From positions 80,538,001 to 80,602,000 of the forward strand of contig JBITNC010000001.1 in NCBI GenBank assembly GCA_050084985.1: a stretch of 64,000 nt of DNA, in the 5' to 3' direction. The DNA comes from Nageia nagi (taxonomy: Eukaryota > Plantae > Pinophyta). Made by a program: the position numbers and the translations under genes. Of the stretch, positions 1-15,700 are shown piece after piece. The notes under the pieces were generated by a model that did not search any database, had not been told where the DNA came from, and worked only from the letters and a program-made list of their open reading frames with translations. Positions within the stretch are counted from its first letter, which is position 1. Every line of letters starts with the position of its first letter.

Positions 1-683
1 AGGGACCTTCCATTCCTAGTTGGTTGCTCTACCAATTTAACTAATAGTTCTTTCTGAGATCAAGATTTTTTTATTCATCAGTAGCTTTCAATGAACTCAT
101 GTTGTCCTTGTCAACATTCATCCTGGAATTTAAGCAGCTTAAAATTGGAAAAGGCTTGACATTGAATTTCCAAAGTAGGCTTTGTACTGTTTCAAACACA
201 AAATCAACTTTGAAAGTCTGTTTTATCCTATCTTGCAAACTAATGGAGGTCACTAAGTATCATGGAAAACACAATTCTAACAGAGAATGGCAATATTGTA
301 AAAGTCTTCAACTTTGAAAAAATAATGAAAAAGAATGAAGCTACTTGTACAGCAACCATGAAAAGAAGTTCAAGCTAAAGCAGCTACTTACATAATTGAA
401 AAATAATTTACAAAGAAAAACTATAAATTGACCTAAGATGAAAATTTATATAGCAACTCAAGTTTGAACAAGACAATTGCGAGCACCAAATGGAAAGAAT
501 ATTGCACATGTCAAATAAACCCAGTGTTTCTACCACACAAATCAAATAAACATGCAGAAACTAATAGATATCAAGCTAAAAATTGCCACAAGAATGTTTT
601 AAATAAAATCATCTCCACAGATCCACAAACATACAACCAGGTATGGGTTTCGATCTATTCATCAACACGCTAAAGACATTCAC

Positions 684-749
684 CTCTCGATTGAAGATGC
701 CACCAACTCCAGATAAACCCAGAAGAATATGTGGCTTTACTTTTTTAAC
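684..749 (-). CDS. NAD-ME2: NAD-ME exon 12 ([22 protein letters not shown])
   Basis: TAG|GTT ... GAG|GTGAAT; 66 bp. Confidence 0.94.
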
Positions 750-3700
750 CTAAACACCAAAAAAATTTCAGAAATCCATTAAATGCAACTTTTATTAAGG
801 CATACTTTAAACAAATAGATGAACAAATAACATAAATTAAATAAAAGCTTCTCTGAAAATACCTTAGAGGCTCAATTCGTTAACAGATTTTTGTGCTAGC
901 ATAATGAAAAGTTATATAAAATAAAATAAACATACTCCAATAAAACCTCACAAAGGACATAGGACCAAATATTCACATATGCTGAATGAGTTAAGAAGAA
1001 CAAGGAACAGACCACTTCAAGAAGACTGGCACCCTCATACAAGCCCTCGATCTCTTCAGGTCCACTACCTCTAGCAAAAGGTGCTGCTTCAGGATCAAGA
1101 TCTTTTCGAGCACATGTAACCAGTCCCTATTTCCAAGATAGAGATACAATTAATCAAAGACATTGTAATCTAGCATAAATAACACATATTTGCTTCAAGA
1201 GAATGAAAAACACAAAAGACATTTTTAGATCATTTCAGTACAGAAATCCAGAAGATGTTAAGAGTTTCATAGTATTAGAAGCAACACAGAATATTGATAA
1301 CTATAGTTACAGGATTGAAGAAAACAAAAAGAAATAACTCCTTATTTCCAATTTCAATAATGATAAATCTATTCATTTACAAACTTTATTTAACGACATT
1401 ATTGTTCTTATGTTTGAAAGCAGAAGTTTTTCATCATGTCAGGCAATAACAAAGCATCTGAGTGAACTGCGAATCAACAATTTTAAAGTTGTGCAAATCT
1501 AACAGGCAAAGGCTTGCACTCACTTCCAGAGACGAGGAAATTACCAGCGTACAGCTTAGTTGCACAGGGATGTTGGTACACATCGAGTATGACAATTTCA
1601 GATAATAAGTGTAACAGGAATTAGTGGTAGAATCTAAGTACTAAAACCATAAATGTTTGAAAATGTCCAAATTATAAATATGCCAAACAAAGATTCAAAA
1701 GGATAAACAAAGAAAAAAATTCAGTAATAAATATGCCAATAAACATAAAACTATGTAGAATGCAATGTCAAACTCAACGTAATACATAATGATATATCCT
1801 GAAACAAACATTCAAAAATAAAAAGTATGCCATGAAATTGGCATTCAAAAGTATAAATGATGCACAACTGACTAACTTGCATTCAAAAATATGTCTTTTG
1901 ACTCCTTCCCACATGTCCTTGTCTCAGACTCATGTCCCATGTAACGTTGGAATGATGTTGAGCACAACACAACGGACCAAGAACTTTGTTTCATCCCTTC
2001 CAGTCCTCTCTACTCATGTCTTCTCCATTAGCACAGAGAGGGGTCTGATGAAATAAAAAACTCAACAAGCATTTGGTAAACACAAATATAAATGATCTTT
2101 CAATAAAAACTAAGCAAAACTCCTGATTTCACACAAAAAACTCAATCATGAACTGCATCAAGTGAAAAAACTCACAAGTCAAGTGCAAGTTATTCACTAG
2201 TATCAAGTTGGTAATTATATACTACTCATCAAGTCTAACCAGTACGGATCTTATGATAGCAAGTAACCACAGTTTACTCAGGTCCATGACTTTCTATTGA
2301 CTTACCCAAGAATGTGGACCTACACCTAGAGCATGTTGGATCAGGATGAATCAAAAAATATTTTTGCATAATAGTTTCTTTGTATACTGCCAAACAATGT
2401 TTGTATTCAGCTTTGCATGAGGGAGTTCATCATCCCAAACGATTTTCAAGATGCGCAAGCTGATTTTGAAGTTGGAAAAGAGGAACTACTTGATTCAAAA
2501 TGCGCTCTGATTGAAGCTAACCATGTGACAAATGCCAACATCAAGATGATAATACAGCATTAATATGTGGGTTCTCAAAACCATTGTACAGCAAGAGGCA
2601 TTTGTGTAATCGGGTGGAGAATCAAGCAGGCATATAGTTTAATGAACCTAATAAACCAAAGAAGTTAATACCAACACAGAGGAAGCCAGATTACTCGCCG
2701 AGAAATTGCAAGTAATCATCAAAAAACTGGAGTAGATGCCGATTACACAAACGGCAGAACATAACATTTGACTGTTAAAAGAAAACAAAAGACTTGTTTT
2801 TCATTTTTATTGCTGCTGCAAACAGGAGAAGAGGAGAAGAAGGCTGCCAGACCAGAGAACATGCAAATTTACCAATTTTTCTCACCATTCACTCCATTTA
2901 GTAATTTGCTAACATCTGCAGTCTAGGTTTGTAAGCTGTTTATCGTTTTTTTTTTTTTTCCATTTCAAGTTTATTTTTTAACTATTTTGTGCTATTTTGA
3001 AGGCCAGGCTTCTATATTGAAGGGAACCACTTGTTACTATTAGAAAGTCCTCTATTTCACTGAGCTTACTTATAGAAAGTTCTATATCGAAGGGCACCAC
3101 TAATGCTAGCCCCCAACTTAGTATTCATGGACAGGTGGGCTTAAAAATAGAAAATAAGAGATAATTGGAGCAGATGCGTTATCGGTTGGAGCGGCAAAAG
3201 ATATTAAAACCCCAACAACAGAACAAACCCTCCGTATATTATTATTGAAAAGTAGAAGAATATAGTCCAGGCTGAGAAGGATTTCATTGACTTTCACCAC
3301 AAGCCTCAGGTGCCATGCCACGGAGCTCAACCAAGAGAGTTCAATCATCGAAATATTCTGTACCACTGCACCAGATTACTCCCCCACAACCTGTTTAAAG
3401 TATAAACAAATTTTGAAATTGATTTTTATTTTGTGCATACTGTTTGATTTCAAGTGTCAAAATTTGAGGTAGAAAACATACCACGCTTACCTTCATTCCC
3501 AACCAGGGCATCTGCATTTTATCTATTTTTGAGACACGTCTCACTTCAGTTCAACACCAAATTAACCATTCATTCCCTCCCCTCTCTAATGAATTATTTA
3601 AATAACTTGATATGTTTATTGCTTTCATGATACACAACACATTGTTCGACAAACCAGAATCCATTCCCTACACCAAATCTAGAAATTGACATTGACTTAG

Positions 3701-6700
3701 CACAAAAACCTTTAGCCTTAAGTTTCAATGTCCAGTAAGCGCCAAAACATCATGTTCTCAAATTCTTTGCATTACCTTTTTGTCTAATTTCTTTATCAGG
3801 ACAAAGCGTAGGTTGAATTAACTAAAACATCTCATCTGTACAATAGGCATAGAGTAAAGGAACCTGGCAATAACATATATGCATTTCCATGTAATCGAAA
3901 TGTCTGTTAAACTTCTTGTCTAGACTCCACATATATAGAATCAGATGAAATCAAACAAAATATAATGGAATCACCCAAAAAGAACAGCATAAGCAAGAGA
4001 TGCATCAGTATAGGAGGAAATTATAATCTCACATTTTTATCTAGAAGCCAAAATTGATTGTTTGCTGATGAATGATCACAAGAACTAAACATGCTTGACA
4101 TTGCTTTTTGCAACATATTGAGGACTCCAAGACCAGCACTGCAACATTTCATCCCCATCGGTAAGGAAGAACATAAGTACAATTTCTTTTTGAGAACAGC
4201 ACAGTAATAAAACACAACATGAGGTCTATAAAAATAATTGTACCAAAAGGACAAGGCCTAGTTTGGGCTGTCAGAGAAACACTTCCAAATACCTGCCAGC
4301 ACCAACAATGACAATTTTCTGCTTTACAAAATCAGTCAATGGACAACCCTGAGCTCTAACAGCACCAAGTAACCCAGCAAGAGCAACCCCTGCAGTGCCC
4401 TGCCAAAAGAAATAAATGGAAAATAAAAAATCCTGGGATTGACTTGATGTTAGCCATAAGTATTGACTTGATGTTAGCATAAGTATTTCATGAACATACT
4501 TGATAAAAAAAATTCAAATTTTACATGAGAAAAAATGTAATCCGGAAAATACCTGAACATCATCATTGAACATGCGAAAACTATTACGGTATCGCTTCAA
4601 AAGTTCAAATGCCCACCTGCTTTGGAAGTCTTCAAACTGCTCAGTGAAAATTGATGAGCAACAGTGAGACATTTGTTGGAAGATCATATAAACTAAGGAA
4701 ACCTTCTGGATTGAAACTAATTAAATTAATTAAAACTCACCTGCACAATAACCTTTGGCCATCGAGCAAACACGGCTTCCATAAATTCATCAAGTACTGA
4801 CAAGTACTCATCTCCTTCTAGTCTAGGTTGTCGCAACCCCAAATCTACGACAAGAAATCATATAACTTGTTAGAAACTTAGAAATCATTGCTTGGTATGA
4901 GGAGACTAATACGTTCTTTCTCAACTCGGGCTTTATGAATTGTGGATCAAAGAATAATGTGTTCAAAGAAAAGAAATTCAAATTATAGAGATACAATTCT
5001 AACCAGATGATTTGATTGGTTTCAAGGACATTACTTCTGAGATTTAAGGACACGAGGGCTCAGTTTAACAAGTCATTTGAAGTGACAAATCCTGGTCTAT
5101 TGCATTTCTTCTCGGGGATGCAAGTTTTGCAACTTGATCTGAGATCACCATTCCTAACCTAACTATGCCTTGGATTTGGCAAATTTACATACACAGGCAT
5201 ATCATCATCATCAAATATGTCTTTCATGTTCACTTCTTTACCCATCAATAACATGTACTTCTGATCTCTAAAGCTGACTCTTCCTCTGACAGGTCCTTCA
5301 TGTTCAATTATCTACACAAATTCTGTACTTTTTCTTGTTGATTTTCAAGTCTTCCGACACTCACTCACATGGGCAAAAATGTTTTTACATAGACGATGAT
5401 GATTACACTTACACAGTGGTTGGCTAAATATATGACAATTATGCTGATGATAAATGACAATTCAGTTACAAGTACACACAAGAAACAATCACAAACCAGA
5501 GGAGAAGCATGCACAAAACAAAAATATGACCAATAATCTTCTATGCAAATATTTAAGATTATGTTATTGAGAGGGTAACATGTGGGGTACAAGAAATTAA
5601 TTTAATCAATGAATTAGTCTGATCATTGGATGAAGAAGAAAATGGCTTTTATTAGATTGCAGAACTGGAAGGGTATGCCTCCAACCATAGTATATTAATA
5701 CAGCGTTTAAAAGTCAAATAAGACGTTTTTTCCGTTTTTTGAATTTTCCCGCACATCGGTCAAAAAAATGGAAAAAACACCGTTATCCTCTTCAAAATAC
5801 AGGCCATTTAAACGGCATTTAAACGCGGAAAAGAAGGGAAAAAACGTTGAAAAAACGCAGTTTTGGCGATGTATTTGTAAGGCCATTTAGACACTTTTTT
5901 TAACCAAAAAATTGTCATTTGTAAGCAAAAACGCCCAAAAAATATGACTTAACCACCCACGCCATACCCACCGTTTTTTCCTCAAAAGACATTGCTTAAA
6001 CGCCAAAAAGACACATTTTGTGACCAAAAGACGCGGTGTGATAGGGGCAAAACACACGCCAAGGAGGAAAAGACATGTTTTCCGTCTTTTGGGCGTCTAA
6101 ACGCCGTTTAAAAGGCAAAAAAAAGTAGAAGATGCCGCAAAAATGTGGAAGCAGCCAGGTGGTAGGGGAGAAGGAATATTGGGGGGGGGAAAGGATTTTT
6201 CCCCTCATTTTTGCATTGTAGAGTTTGGAGAAACTAAAAGAGAGAGAAGCTAGAGAGAAGAAACTGAAACTGAGGGAGGGTGTCCAAGACTCCAAAATGC
6301 CGAAAGAGTTGGATACATTTTGAAAATATGTGACTCAAATTGAGGGGGTTCGAGGCAATTCTCAGCATTTTAGGTGCAATCTATGTAACAAGCCTATTCG
6401 GGGAACAATTACAAGGTTCAAAGGGCATCTTTCCGGGAGGCCAAGGAGCGATGTGGAGAGTTGCCCAAAAGCAACTCCAGATCTTGCTTTGGACGCAATT
6501 AGAGCCTTGGATTCTATTATTGATAAAAAAGAGAGGAAATGAGCAATTCGAATGGAGCTAGGAGGGATGAGCTCTTCTACAACAAGTGGAAATGTTTCTA
6601 GTCCAAGTGTAGGTGCAAGTGCAAGTGCCAATAGACCTAGTGGAAGTGGATACCCTGGAAGGGTTGGAGTCCATTCCTACTTTCAACCCCAGACAACTCC

Positions 6701-9700
6701 TGGATCTCAACCATCCATTATGAGTATGTTGAAGAAGAAGGAGAAGAAAGAAGCTGATTTGATGTTGGCAAAATTGATCTATTATGGAGTTCCAATCCAC
6801 ATTACCAGGAGTGTATTTTGGCAACCAACGATCAATGCAATGGCTAACGTTGGACCTGGGAATGTGGGCCCTTCTCATGCAGAAATGCAAGGGTCTCTCA
6901 TGAAGGATCTCAAGCAGGAAGTTCGTGACAAGTACGTAAATAGTGATATCAAATTTCAATAGGCTTAAGGCAATATGTATTACATTTTTAAAATTACTTT
7001 TTCTATTTAGTTGTTTTATAATTTATTTTTAGTTTCATTTTACTATTTTTAGAATGGTTGATATTGAAGAATCTTGAAAGTTATCGGGTTGCACAATATT
7101 ATCTGATAGGTGGTCGGATAGTAAGAGTAGAAGCTTGATTAATTTTTTGGTATACTCCAAATATGGGACAATATTCAAGAAATCCATTGATGCATCCGAT
7201 AAGACAAAAGATGCAAACTTGTTATGTGACTTATTGGATCAGTTTGTGAGGGAGATGAGGCCGAAGCATGTTGTTTAGGTGATCACAGACAACGCTTCTA
7301 GTTATGTTGCAGCAGGTAGCAAGCTCATGAATATGTATCCCTCCTTGTACTGGACTCCATATGCTTGTCATTGCATTGATCTTCTTTTGGAGGACATAGG
7401 AAAAATGGCTTGGGTGAAAGAGGTGGTTGACCAAGCAAGGACAATCACGAGGTACATCTATATTATCTTGTTTTATCTTATCGTATTTTTTTCTTTTCTT
7501 ATATTCTTACTCTTAGACTATGTTGGTTCTTACTTTCTTATCTTGTGTTACCAGGTATATTTATAATAAAACCACTGTTCTTAGTATGAGGAGGAGGTAC
7601 ACCAACGGTAGGGACTTGTTGCACCCAGGAGTTACACATTTTGCCTCCAATTTCATCAGCTTTCAGTCATTATTTAGGCACATGAATGAGTTGCGTTCCA
7701 TGTTTGTTTCTAGAGAGCGGAGTCATACAGCCATGAGCACGAGCCCAGAGGGTATGATCGTGTCTTCATTGATATCCACGGATGATTTTTGGGCGACGCT
7801 CAAAGAGATTTGTAGCGTGATAGCACCACTTGTATGAGTCCTTCGTCTGGTTGATAGTGATAGGCCCACTATGGGCTATTTGTATGAGGCTATGGCTAGG
7901 GCCAAGGAGGCCATAATGCATTATTATATTGACCACCCTAATGAGGATAATGAGTTTGGTAACTAGCACATAGCGTTTTGGGATTTCATTGATGAACGGT
8001 GGTGGAATATGTTGTATCGCCCTATTCATGGAGCAAGGGCCATCTTGAACCCTATCTTGTATTTTGCACCAAAATTAAAATACAAGACTGATAGTCATGC
8101 TAACTTGTGGCTTACAAAATGTGCAGCTGGTATGGTTCAGGATCCCACCACTCAATCCAAAATCTTCAAGGAGCTTGAGTCATACAAGCACTCCCGAGGC
8201 CTCTATGGGTATCAATTTGCTAGAGAGGCACATTTCATGATTGCTCTAGGTGAGAAAAATTCAAAGTTCATGCATTATTTCCAACTTTCCAAGTTTATAC
8301 ATTTAGGCATTTAAATATATTTAATGTTTTCTGATTTGATATTACTATTTACTACATTTTTTAGAGTTGTGGTGGGCGAATTTTGGGGGTGAAACACCTA
8401 AGTTGCAAAGATTTGCCATCCGCATCCTTAGTCAAACGTGTAGCGCTTCAGGATGTGAGCGCAATTGGAGTGCATTTGAAAAAATTCACTCCAAGAAGCG
8501 CAATAGGTTAGTAATTTGATTCATTTCAATTGTGATTCTTTTCAACTTTCAAAATGCAATGGAAATTTCTTCCTTCACTCTCAATTCTCAATTTCTCATC
8601 ATCTCATTTTTTTGTGTTAATAGATTGACAACACAACGCTTGAATGATATTGTGTACATTTATGTCAACCTACAATTGTATGTGAGGCAACTGCAAAAGA
8701 AGGATGAGGATGAGCCCATTAACTTGACTACCATTGATCCCTCATATAGGTTATCTTCTTCGTTTTTACTCTCACAGCTCACCTAACACCCCCTACATGT
8801 GATTTTTAAAATATCTTGATAGGTCCTATAAAAGTGTATTTGTTGACCTTTTTTTTTGCTTTTTTGACAGTGATGCACCTCCAGTGGATGTAGTGGCAAA
8901 TCCAAAGGAGTTACATGAAACATTTCGAGAAGAATGGCTTGACATGGAGCAGGAGATAGATGAACTTGCAGATGAGGGCGAGGAGGAGGAGCATGCAGTA
9001 GATGAGGAGGGGGAGGAGGAGGAGCATCAACGTTTTGATCCATTTTCTCCTGTGGAGATTGATCATGGTGTTGGACCTCTCCAGGTTTATGAGCGTCAAG
9101 TTTACCGAGACATGGAGAGTGAGCCTGACGATGATGAACCACTCGTTCCGTACCAAAGGATTAGGCAAAAGCCCCGCAAGAGTGTTGGTGGCAATTCTAG
9201 TAGTTAAGGATTGCCTCCTCGTAGTGCTCCTACCCCTACAAGACCACCTCCTCACTCTCGGTCTCCTACTACACCTATTAGTGGAGCACATGGTACTAGT
9301 ACTGGTACTGGTACTACTAGTAGTGGCACTGGCGGCCAATTGATTAGTAAAAGGGCTAGAGCCCCAAACCGCACATATTGATGAGTCCCCAGGGCCCACA
9401 CATGGAGTAATTACTCATGAGACATTGTATTTAGTATTATTTGTACTTTGTTGGTGCTTGACAATGGACACTTAGTGGCATTATGAGTGTATGGGACAGT
9501 ACTAGTAGTAGGAGATTTATAACTTATGATATGATAGAAATTTTGTAGATGTCTTTTATTTTCATATATCAATGATATTATTTATGAAATATGAATGTGT
9601 TGGTAGTTGGTACTTCGTAGACAATATGATCGTTTATGTGAATGATTTAATCATTTATGGCAATTAGATAAGCATATTGTATAGAAAAAGTTTTAAAAAT

Positions 9701-12700
9701 TGCATTTTTTTTATTTTTCAATGCATCACGTTTTTTCCCCGAATTTTCCATTTTTTCCTTGTCTTTTGTCCGTTTATTTGCTGTATTTTCCATTATTTGA
9801 TCAAGTATTTTTCCCGTATTTTCCGTTTTTTGTTATTTTTTCACCGTTTTTTTTGTATTTAAGTATTTTTAAAGAAGTGAATTTTTGTCGTATTCAACGT
9901 ATTTTGATCGTTTAATGGCCCTTTTTTCCGTATTTGGCCCTGAACTGTGTTTTCAAAAAAACGTCTTTTTATTCTATGCCTCCAACTATAGAAGCAATTT
10001 GATAGCATAGCATTGATATGATGGATTTACTATAACAGTAGATACACAAGAAAACCTTACATCAAACAATCTGATAAATTACTAAAGATTAGACTCACTG
10101 AAAAGAGGCAACAAAAAAAATCATCTTGCCAAAAAAGCTACTAAAAACATTGCAACAAGACTTGGTTAGCATCAACCAAGATATTTCAGATAGGAAATTG
10201 TATCTAATCTTTAAAATCATCAATAAAAAAATGAATGATTTGAAAAAGCAGAGAAGTGCAATGAGGAACTATAGATTGCAAAACTATAATCAAGTCAACG
10301 TCATGGAAATTATAAGATATAAAGATGAAAAAAAGACAATTCATCCACACAAAAAAAAACTAGAAGTAAAAGAGTTGGAAAAACAGGGGAGACTTGATAA
10401 AACAAGGATGAAGATATATCCAAAAAATGAAGACAATAAATCATCAAACAACAATAGTTCAATGTCAAACGATCTATAGATCATTTGAGGGCGAATCCCA
10501 AGAAGCTTGTGGAAAAAGAAGGAAATCACTAATCTAAGGAAGTAGTACCACAACTGATCTGGATTTGGTGGGCAAAACCAGATGGGCACACACTATACGC
10601 CTATATCACAAAAAAGTCAGCAAATACACTAGAACAGCATGTGAGGCGTTGTTTTCAATTTCAGCAAGAAATAAAAAATAGTATGCTACATAAGTTTTTA
10701 ATTACAAATACATAAATTATACAAATGTACTTAAAATTTGTATAGAGATATGTCACTAGATCCTCCCAGATCAAAAACCGATTCGATTTATGAGGTCAAA
10801 ACCATAAAAGAGAAAATGACAAGGCTTCATAAGCATGAACGCTAAATTCCGATCTACAATTTATAACTAGGACAAGCAACCAAACAAACATGGCCCTTGT
10901 TGGCATCCCAAGTATCATCAAACACATTGAACAAATGTGCAATATAAATATCAAAGTTTGAATGCATAAATGATCGAGTAAATAACCAACTGAACTTAAA
11001 ATTAAGATTCAACCACATACTCTGAACTTGAAATTATATGAGCTGTGGAATATTGTCAAATTATTATAAATATGTAGGTAACAATTATGAATATTGCCCA
11101 AGAGTAGGCTGCTTAAAGATTAGAAAGAAATTCGTAAAGGAAGGATAAGAAGTATAATTCAAGGAAAATATATTTTGCATCTCCTCCTCATTTAAATATG
11201 TGACATAAAGAACCCTTCTTCCTGTGGTGTTCGGCTTGTACAAGGGTTTGGAACCCTAGATTTGGATGTGGATATCCTCATTGTACTCCATTGTTATTCC
11301 ATGATATAATACAGCTTGTGTCTCTCTCATCATTGTGTTGTTCCCTTTGTATGCATGTGTTGTGATATATTGGTGTTGGAAGCTTGTTTTGGCTCAGTTT
11401 GTGGTGTGGCCCCATCATGGGTATTTCTGTGTTGTACAAAGTTGTTGTATTGCATTCGTGTGGTTAGCTTAGTGTTGGAGAAGCCCTAGGGGCTGACGTC
11501 ACAACACACCTAAAAGGTGCATTGAGGTGTTTGTATGACCTAGAGGGCAATCGTTGGATGCTTGAGGGTTATAGAATCCCTAGCTTGGTTTGTTTTCGTT
11601 GAGGGTGATTTTAGATCATCACTAATCACCATTTCATACTAGGGTGCACGAATTCAGGCATGTGCTTTTCCATCTACCGCAAAGCATGCGCTTCAGATTT
11701 TTATACACACTAAAAAGAGAATGAAATACACCCGATAATGATGTATACTTAGCCAGATTCCTAGATCTGGACATGGGTGCATCGTTTCGGATGAGTCCTT
11801 GAAGCACTAGTGTGAAAGCATGCACATAGGTCATCTTAACGTAAGCCTTGTCAAAAAGATGCAAAGTGAATTACAGAAAATGGACCTTGAGATCTAGCTC
11901 ACCCTCTTCGAAAATGGCTACTAGCAGTTCAGACACCTCAAACCCTTATTTCTCCTAGGCGCACCGATTTAGGCATGTACCAAAAATGGTGCGATTGGGA
12001 GACTTGGCCCATAATGAAATGAAGTGGTAGAATGATGCAAGTGTGACTTGATATAAATAGTCTTCAAACATACCACATGTCACCTCTTGGTTGGTTGAAA
12101 ATGAGGTCAAATGACGAAGCCAAAATGATGGGCGCACATTTTAGGGTACGTGCAAAAGCATGTCCCGGAATGCATGCACCGACCAACTTGTATGCCTAAA
12201 AGAACTTAGTCAATTTTCATTACACCTAAAAGCTCTTGCAACTTGGTCACACCTTTTGAGGGGGGTGCAGAAGCATGTCCCAAATTCCTTGCGCCTACCC
12301 AAGCAAGCACCTTGAAATACAAACTTGAAAATGCTCCAGAATATTGGGCGCACAAATTTGAATGAGTGGAAAAGCATGAACTAGAAAACATGCGCCTGGG
12401 CCCCTTCACTAAATTTTATACTTAGTCAAAAAAATGCTCCTGGGCTAGGACATCTGGAAATTGGTGCACCGATTTGTGTGAGTGCCTAAGCATGTTCCAA
12501 AACCCATGTGCACAGACACTCTCCAATGCAATGGATTAAAAATTAATGAAAATGACTTGAAATTCACCATCTAGAATAGGGTGCACCATTTATGGGACAT
12601 GCTTTCTAGACTTATAACAACATAGGGCTCCGAATTCAACCAAACAAACTTAATGCTGAGATTGACTTTCCTTTTATAGACTTGCTAGGGTGGACAAGTG

Positions 12701-15700
12701 TCATGCAAGGATTGGCGCGAGTGAAGGTCCAATGCATGTGGACACACCTATCTTTCTAACAATGGACGGCCAAATTCAACACTTAGCCAAATTTTGTACT
12801 TGAAATAGGGCGCATCATTTTGGGTACATCAAAAGCATGTCCCCAAAACCTTACGTTTAGACAACTTTACCAATTTCTCCGAAATGACTTAGTGCTGATA
12901 ATGCTTCTCTATTACGAGCGCACCATTTCAGGTACATGCAAAAGTATGTGCCAAAACACATGCACTCAAGCTGTCCTAATATTTACCTTAAAAATTTTCT
13001 AAGTGTTGGGATACCTCTCTTGCCCAGGGCGCACCGATTTGGGTACATGCAAAAGCATGTACCTCAAAACATGTGTTCAGACACAAAATGTAATTTTTTC
13101 TACCAAAATGACCAGAATGACCCTCTATAACACAATGCAAAGGAGGAAATGCAATTTCCACAAAGATGACCAAGTGAAATGGGGCATGAATGATACAATT
13201 TGAGGCTGAAAATGTAAGACTTAACCCAAATTTAGCAGTATGAAGGAGGGCACATGTTCCATGGTACATGCAAAAAGCATGTCCCTCAAAACATGCACCA
13301 TAGGTGAAAGGACCAAATTTTGACTTGTTTCATCATGAAGATGCAAATTTGTTAAGTTCTCCTTCCTCTAGTCTATGATGCATGCATTTACTTAGAAAAA
13401 TTTACTTCATGCCTTTACGTTTTAAGTACAATGAGGGTCCTCAAAAGTGCAATTTTTTTGGGGGGTGTTGTGCAGGCACAACAGGTACTTTAAGGAACAC
13501 CAAGACAAGCATCTTTAACCTTGGAGGAATTGCCAAAAGATCAAGCATCCTCACTTGCAAGAGAGGTCTTCATCATTCTTCACCAAAAATACAAGCAATG
13601 TGACGTCTCATTTGGACCAATGATGAATTGCATCATGGTCACTTTGTATTCTAGTGTTGTTCATGTTCATGTTGTGCTTGTGTAACTCAAGCAAGAGCTT
13701 ATGGTCTGCGGACCCCACTATGAGTCTAGCAACAGGACGTCTCTCCTTGAGTAGTGGTATGTTTAGTGTAATGGGTTATCCTAGATTGTGGGAATCCCTA
13801 GGTAGATGTGTGTCATGTATGTTCAAGGTACACAAAGGAGCATGTCAGCATTGGGAGGACCCCACGTTGGCTCATGAGGCCATTTGGACCCCACGTCAAC
13901 CTTGAGGGCCTTTATGACCCCCATGTTGGCATACTAGGCCAATGGGACCCCCACGTTAGCATACTGGGCCAATATGACCCCACATTGGCACTATTGATTT
14001 GTTGACCCCAACATTGGATTAGAATTGGCTTAGGGTGATAACGAGGCATGACTAGTGTACATGAGAGGCTATATATTGAGGATGGAGCTCCATGATGAGA
14101 TTACCACTTATCATATACTTTCTATACCAGACCCAATCGGGCAACCATGTCTTGGTGATGCTGAGCAAATATTCCTAGATAGAATCTAGAGGAGTGGCAA
14201 GGTTGGGAGCCTACCATTCTACAGCTTAGGTGGGTGACCTAGCCCATCCGATGGAATTTCAAGGACGAGCTTCTAACTTCATTGGTCACCAAGGTTCGAG
14301 GAGACTCCTTCGTAGGAGGGTATTCGGATACTAAGGGAGTTAGTCTATCCTATTGTGTATTCGGCTTGTTGAAGGTTTGGAACCCTAGATCTATGTATTG
14401 TAATCTCCATTGTACTCCATGATCTCATCATAATAAAAGACATCTCATTGTGTCTCTCATAGTTGTGTTGTTCTTGTGTATGTTCCGTGTGTTCCATATA
14501 CTAGTGTTGGAAGGTTTGTTCTAGTGTTGTATCAAGTTGCATTGCATTCGTTGGTGATCTTGTGTTGTGCATTGTTGATAGGAGGCATTCGTACGGATTG
14601 CAAGGTGTTAGGGAAGCCTAGAGGGCTGACGTCAGGTAGTGGGTGTTGCGTGGAGGCCTTAGGAGGCTCAAGTTTGCATTGTGGGGTGTTTGGGGTGCCC
14701 TAGGGGCCCAACGTTGGGTGTTGGGGGTTGTAGAAGCCCTAGTTTGGTTTTTTTTCACAGAGGGTTATTTTGGATCCTCACAAGCAAATGGCTCAAAATC
14801 ACCAAAACAACTCTCAAATTTGCGTAAATGGCCCGAATTCCTCTGTATATAGCTTATATCATTGGTGGAACGAATATGTTGCTCCCACAACTTGAATTAT
14901 AATTTTATTTCAGTTTGCAACTCAAAACAAAAAAAGATTATAAATAGACCATAAGGGTCTCATTTTGGACAGAATGTTTGTAAAGCAAATTTGTGGAAAA
15001 TTGGCAAATTGATGTATCTTTGTAATTTTTTTGCACAAATTTATACAAAGTGGTGGAATACTTGAAAAAAAAGGATTTTTCATTTGCGGGATTGTGGACT
15101 GCTTTTTTAGATGATTTAAAATCTTCCACGCTTTGCCTTGAAAATTTTTTAATTTTAGGAAAAACTTTTTGAAAATTTTTAAAAGTTCTTGAATCATTCC
15201 TAGATCATTGCCCATCCATAACTTGCACAATAAGTGAACATATTCTAAGATTTTCTTTCATTCTATGACATCAAATTAGAATTTTTCATTTGAAAAAAAA
15301 TTTGTGCACGCTTGTTGTGTCGTGTTTTCTTTGATAGCTTATCGATTACACTTGTGTATCGATAGCAGCTTTGCTCCCCGCTCCTCTTACAGATAGATTG
15401 GACTTAGGTTATTTTATTTTTAGGTTGAAAGACTTCGAATGAGACTTCTTGATCGATCTGGAAGTAAGAAACCTTAGACACTACTTCATTGTGACTGCTT
15501 TGTCATCTCACCAATAGTGATTCATTCTTGTCCCCTTTTTCTTTTCTTTATTTTACACTTTCTTTAAAATCCATAGCAACTTTCGAACTATTGCATGATA
15601 AACACCTCGATCCCTATAAAAAACATGTTAATAGTTACTACCTCTACTACACAACTCAACTGATTCCCAAATAAGAGCTACACCCATTTAAGCTTGTATT

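Noticed and set aside
8783-9399. Overlapping 107-162 aa ORFs as independent genes
   Set aside because: They lie inside the hAT element and correspond to its acidic, low-complexity 3' coding tail and antisense frames.
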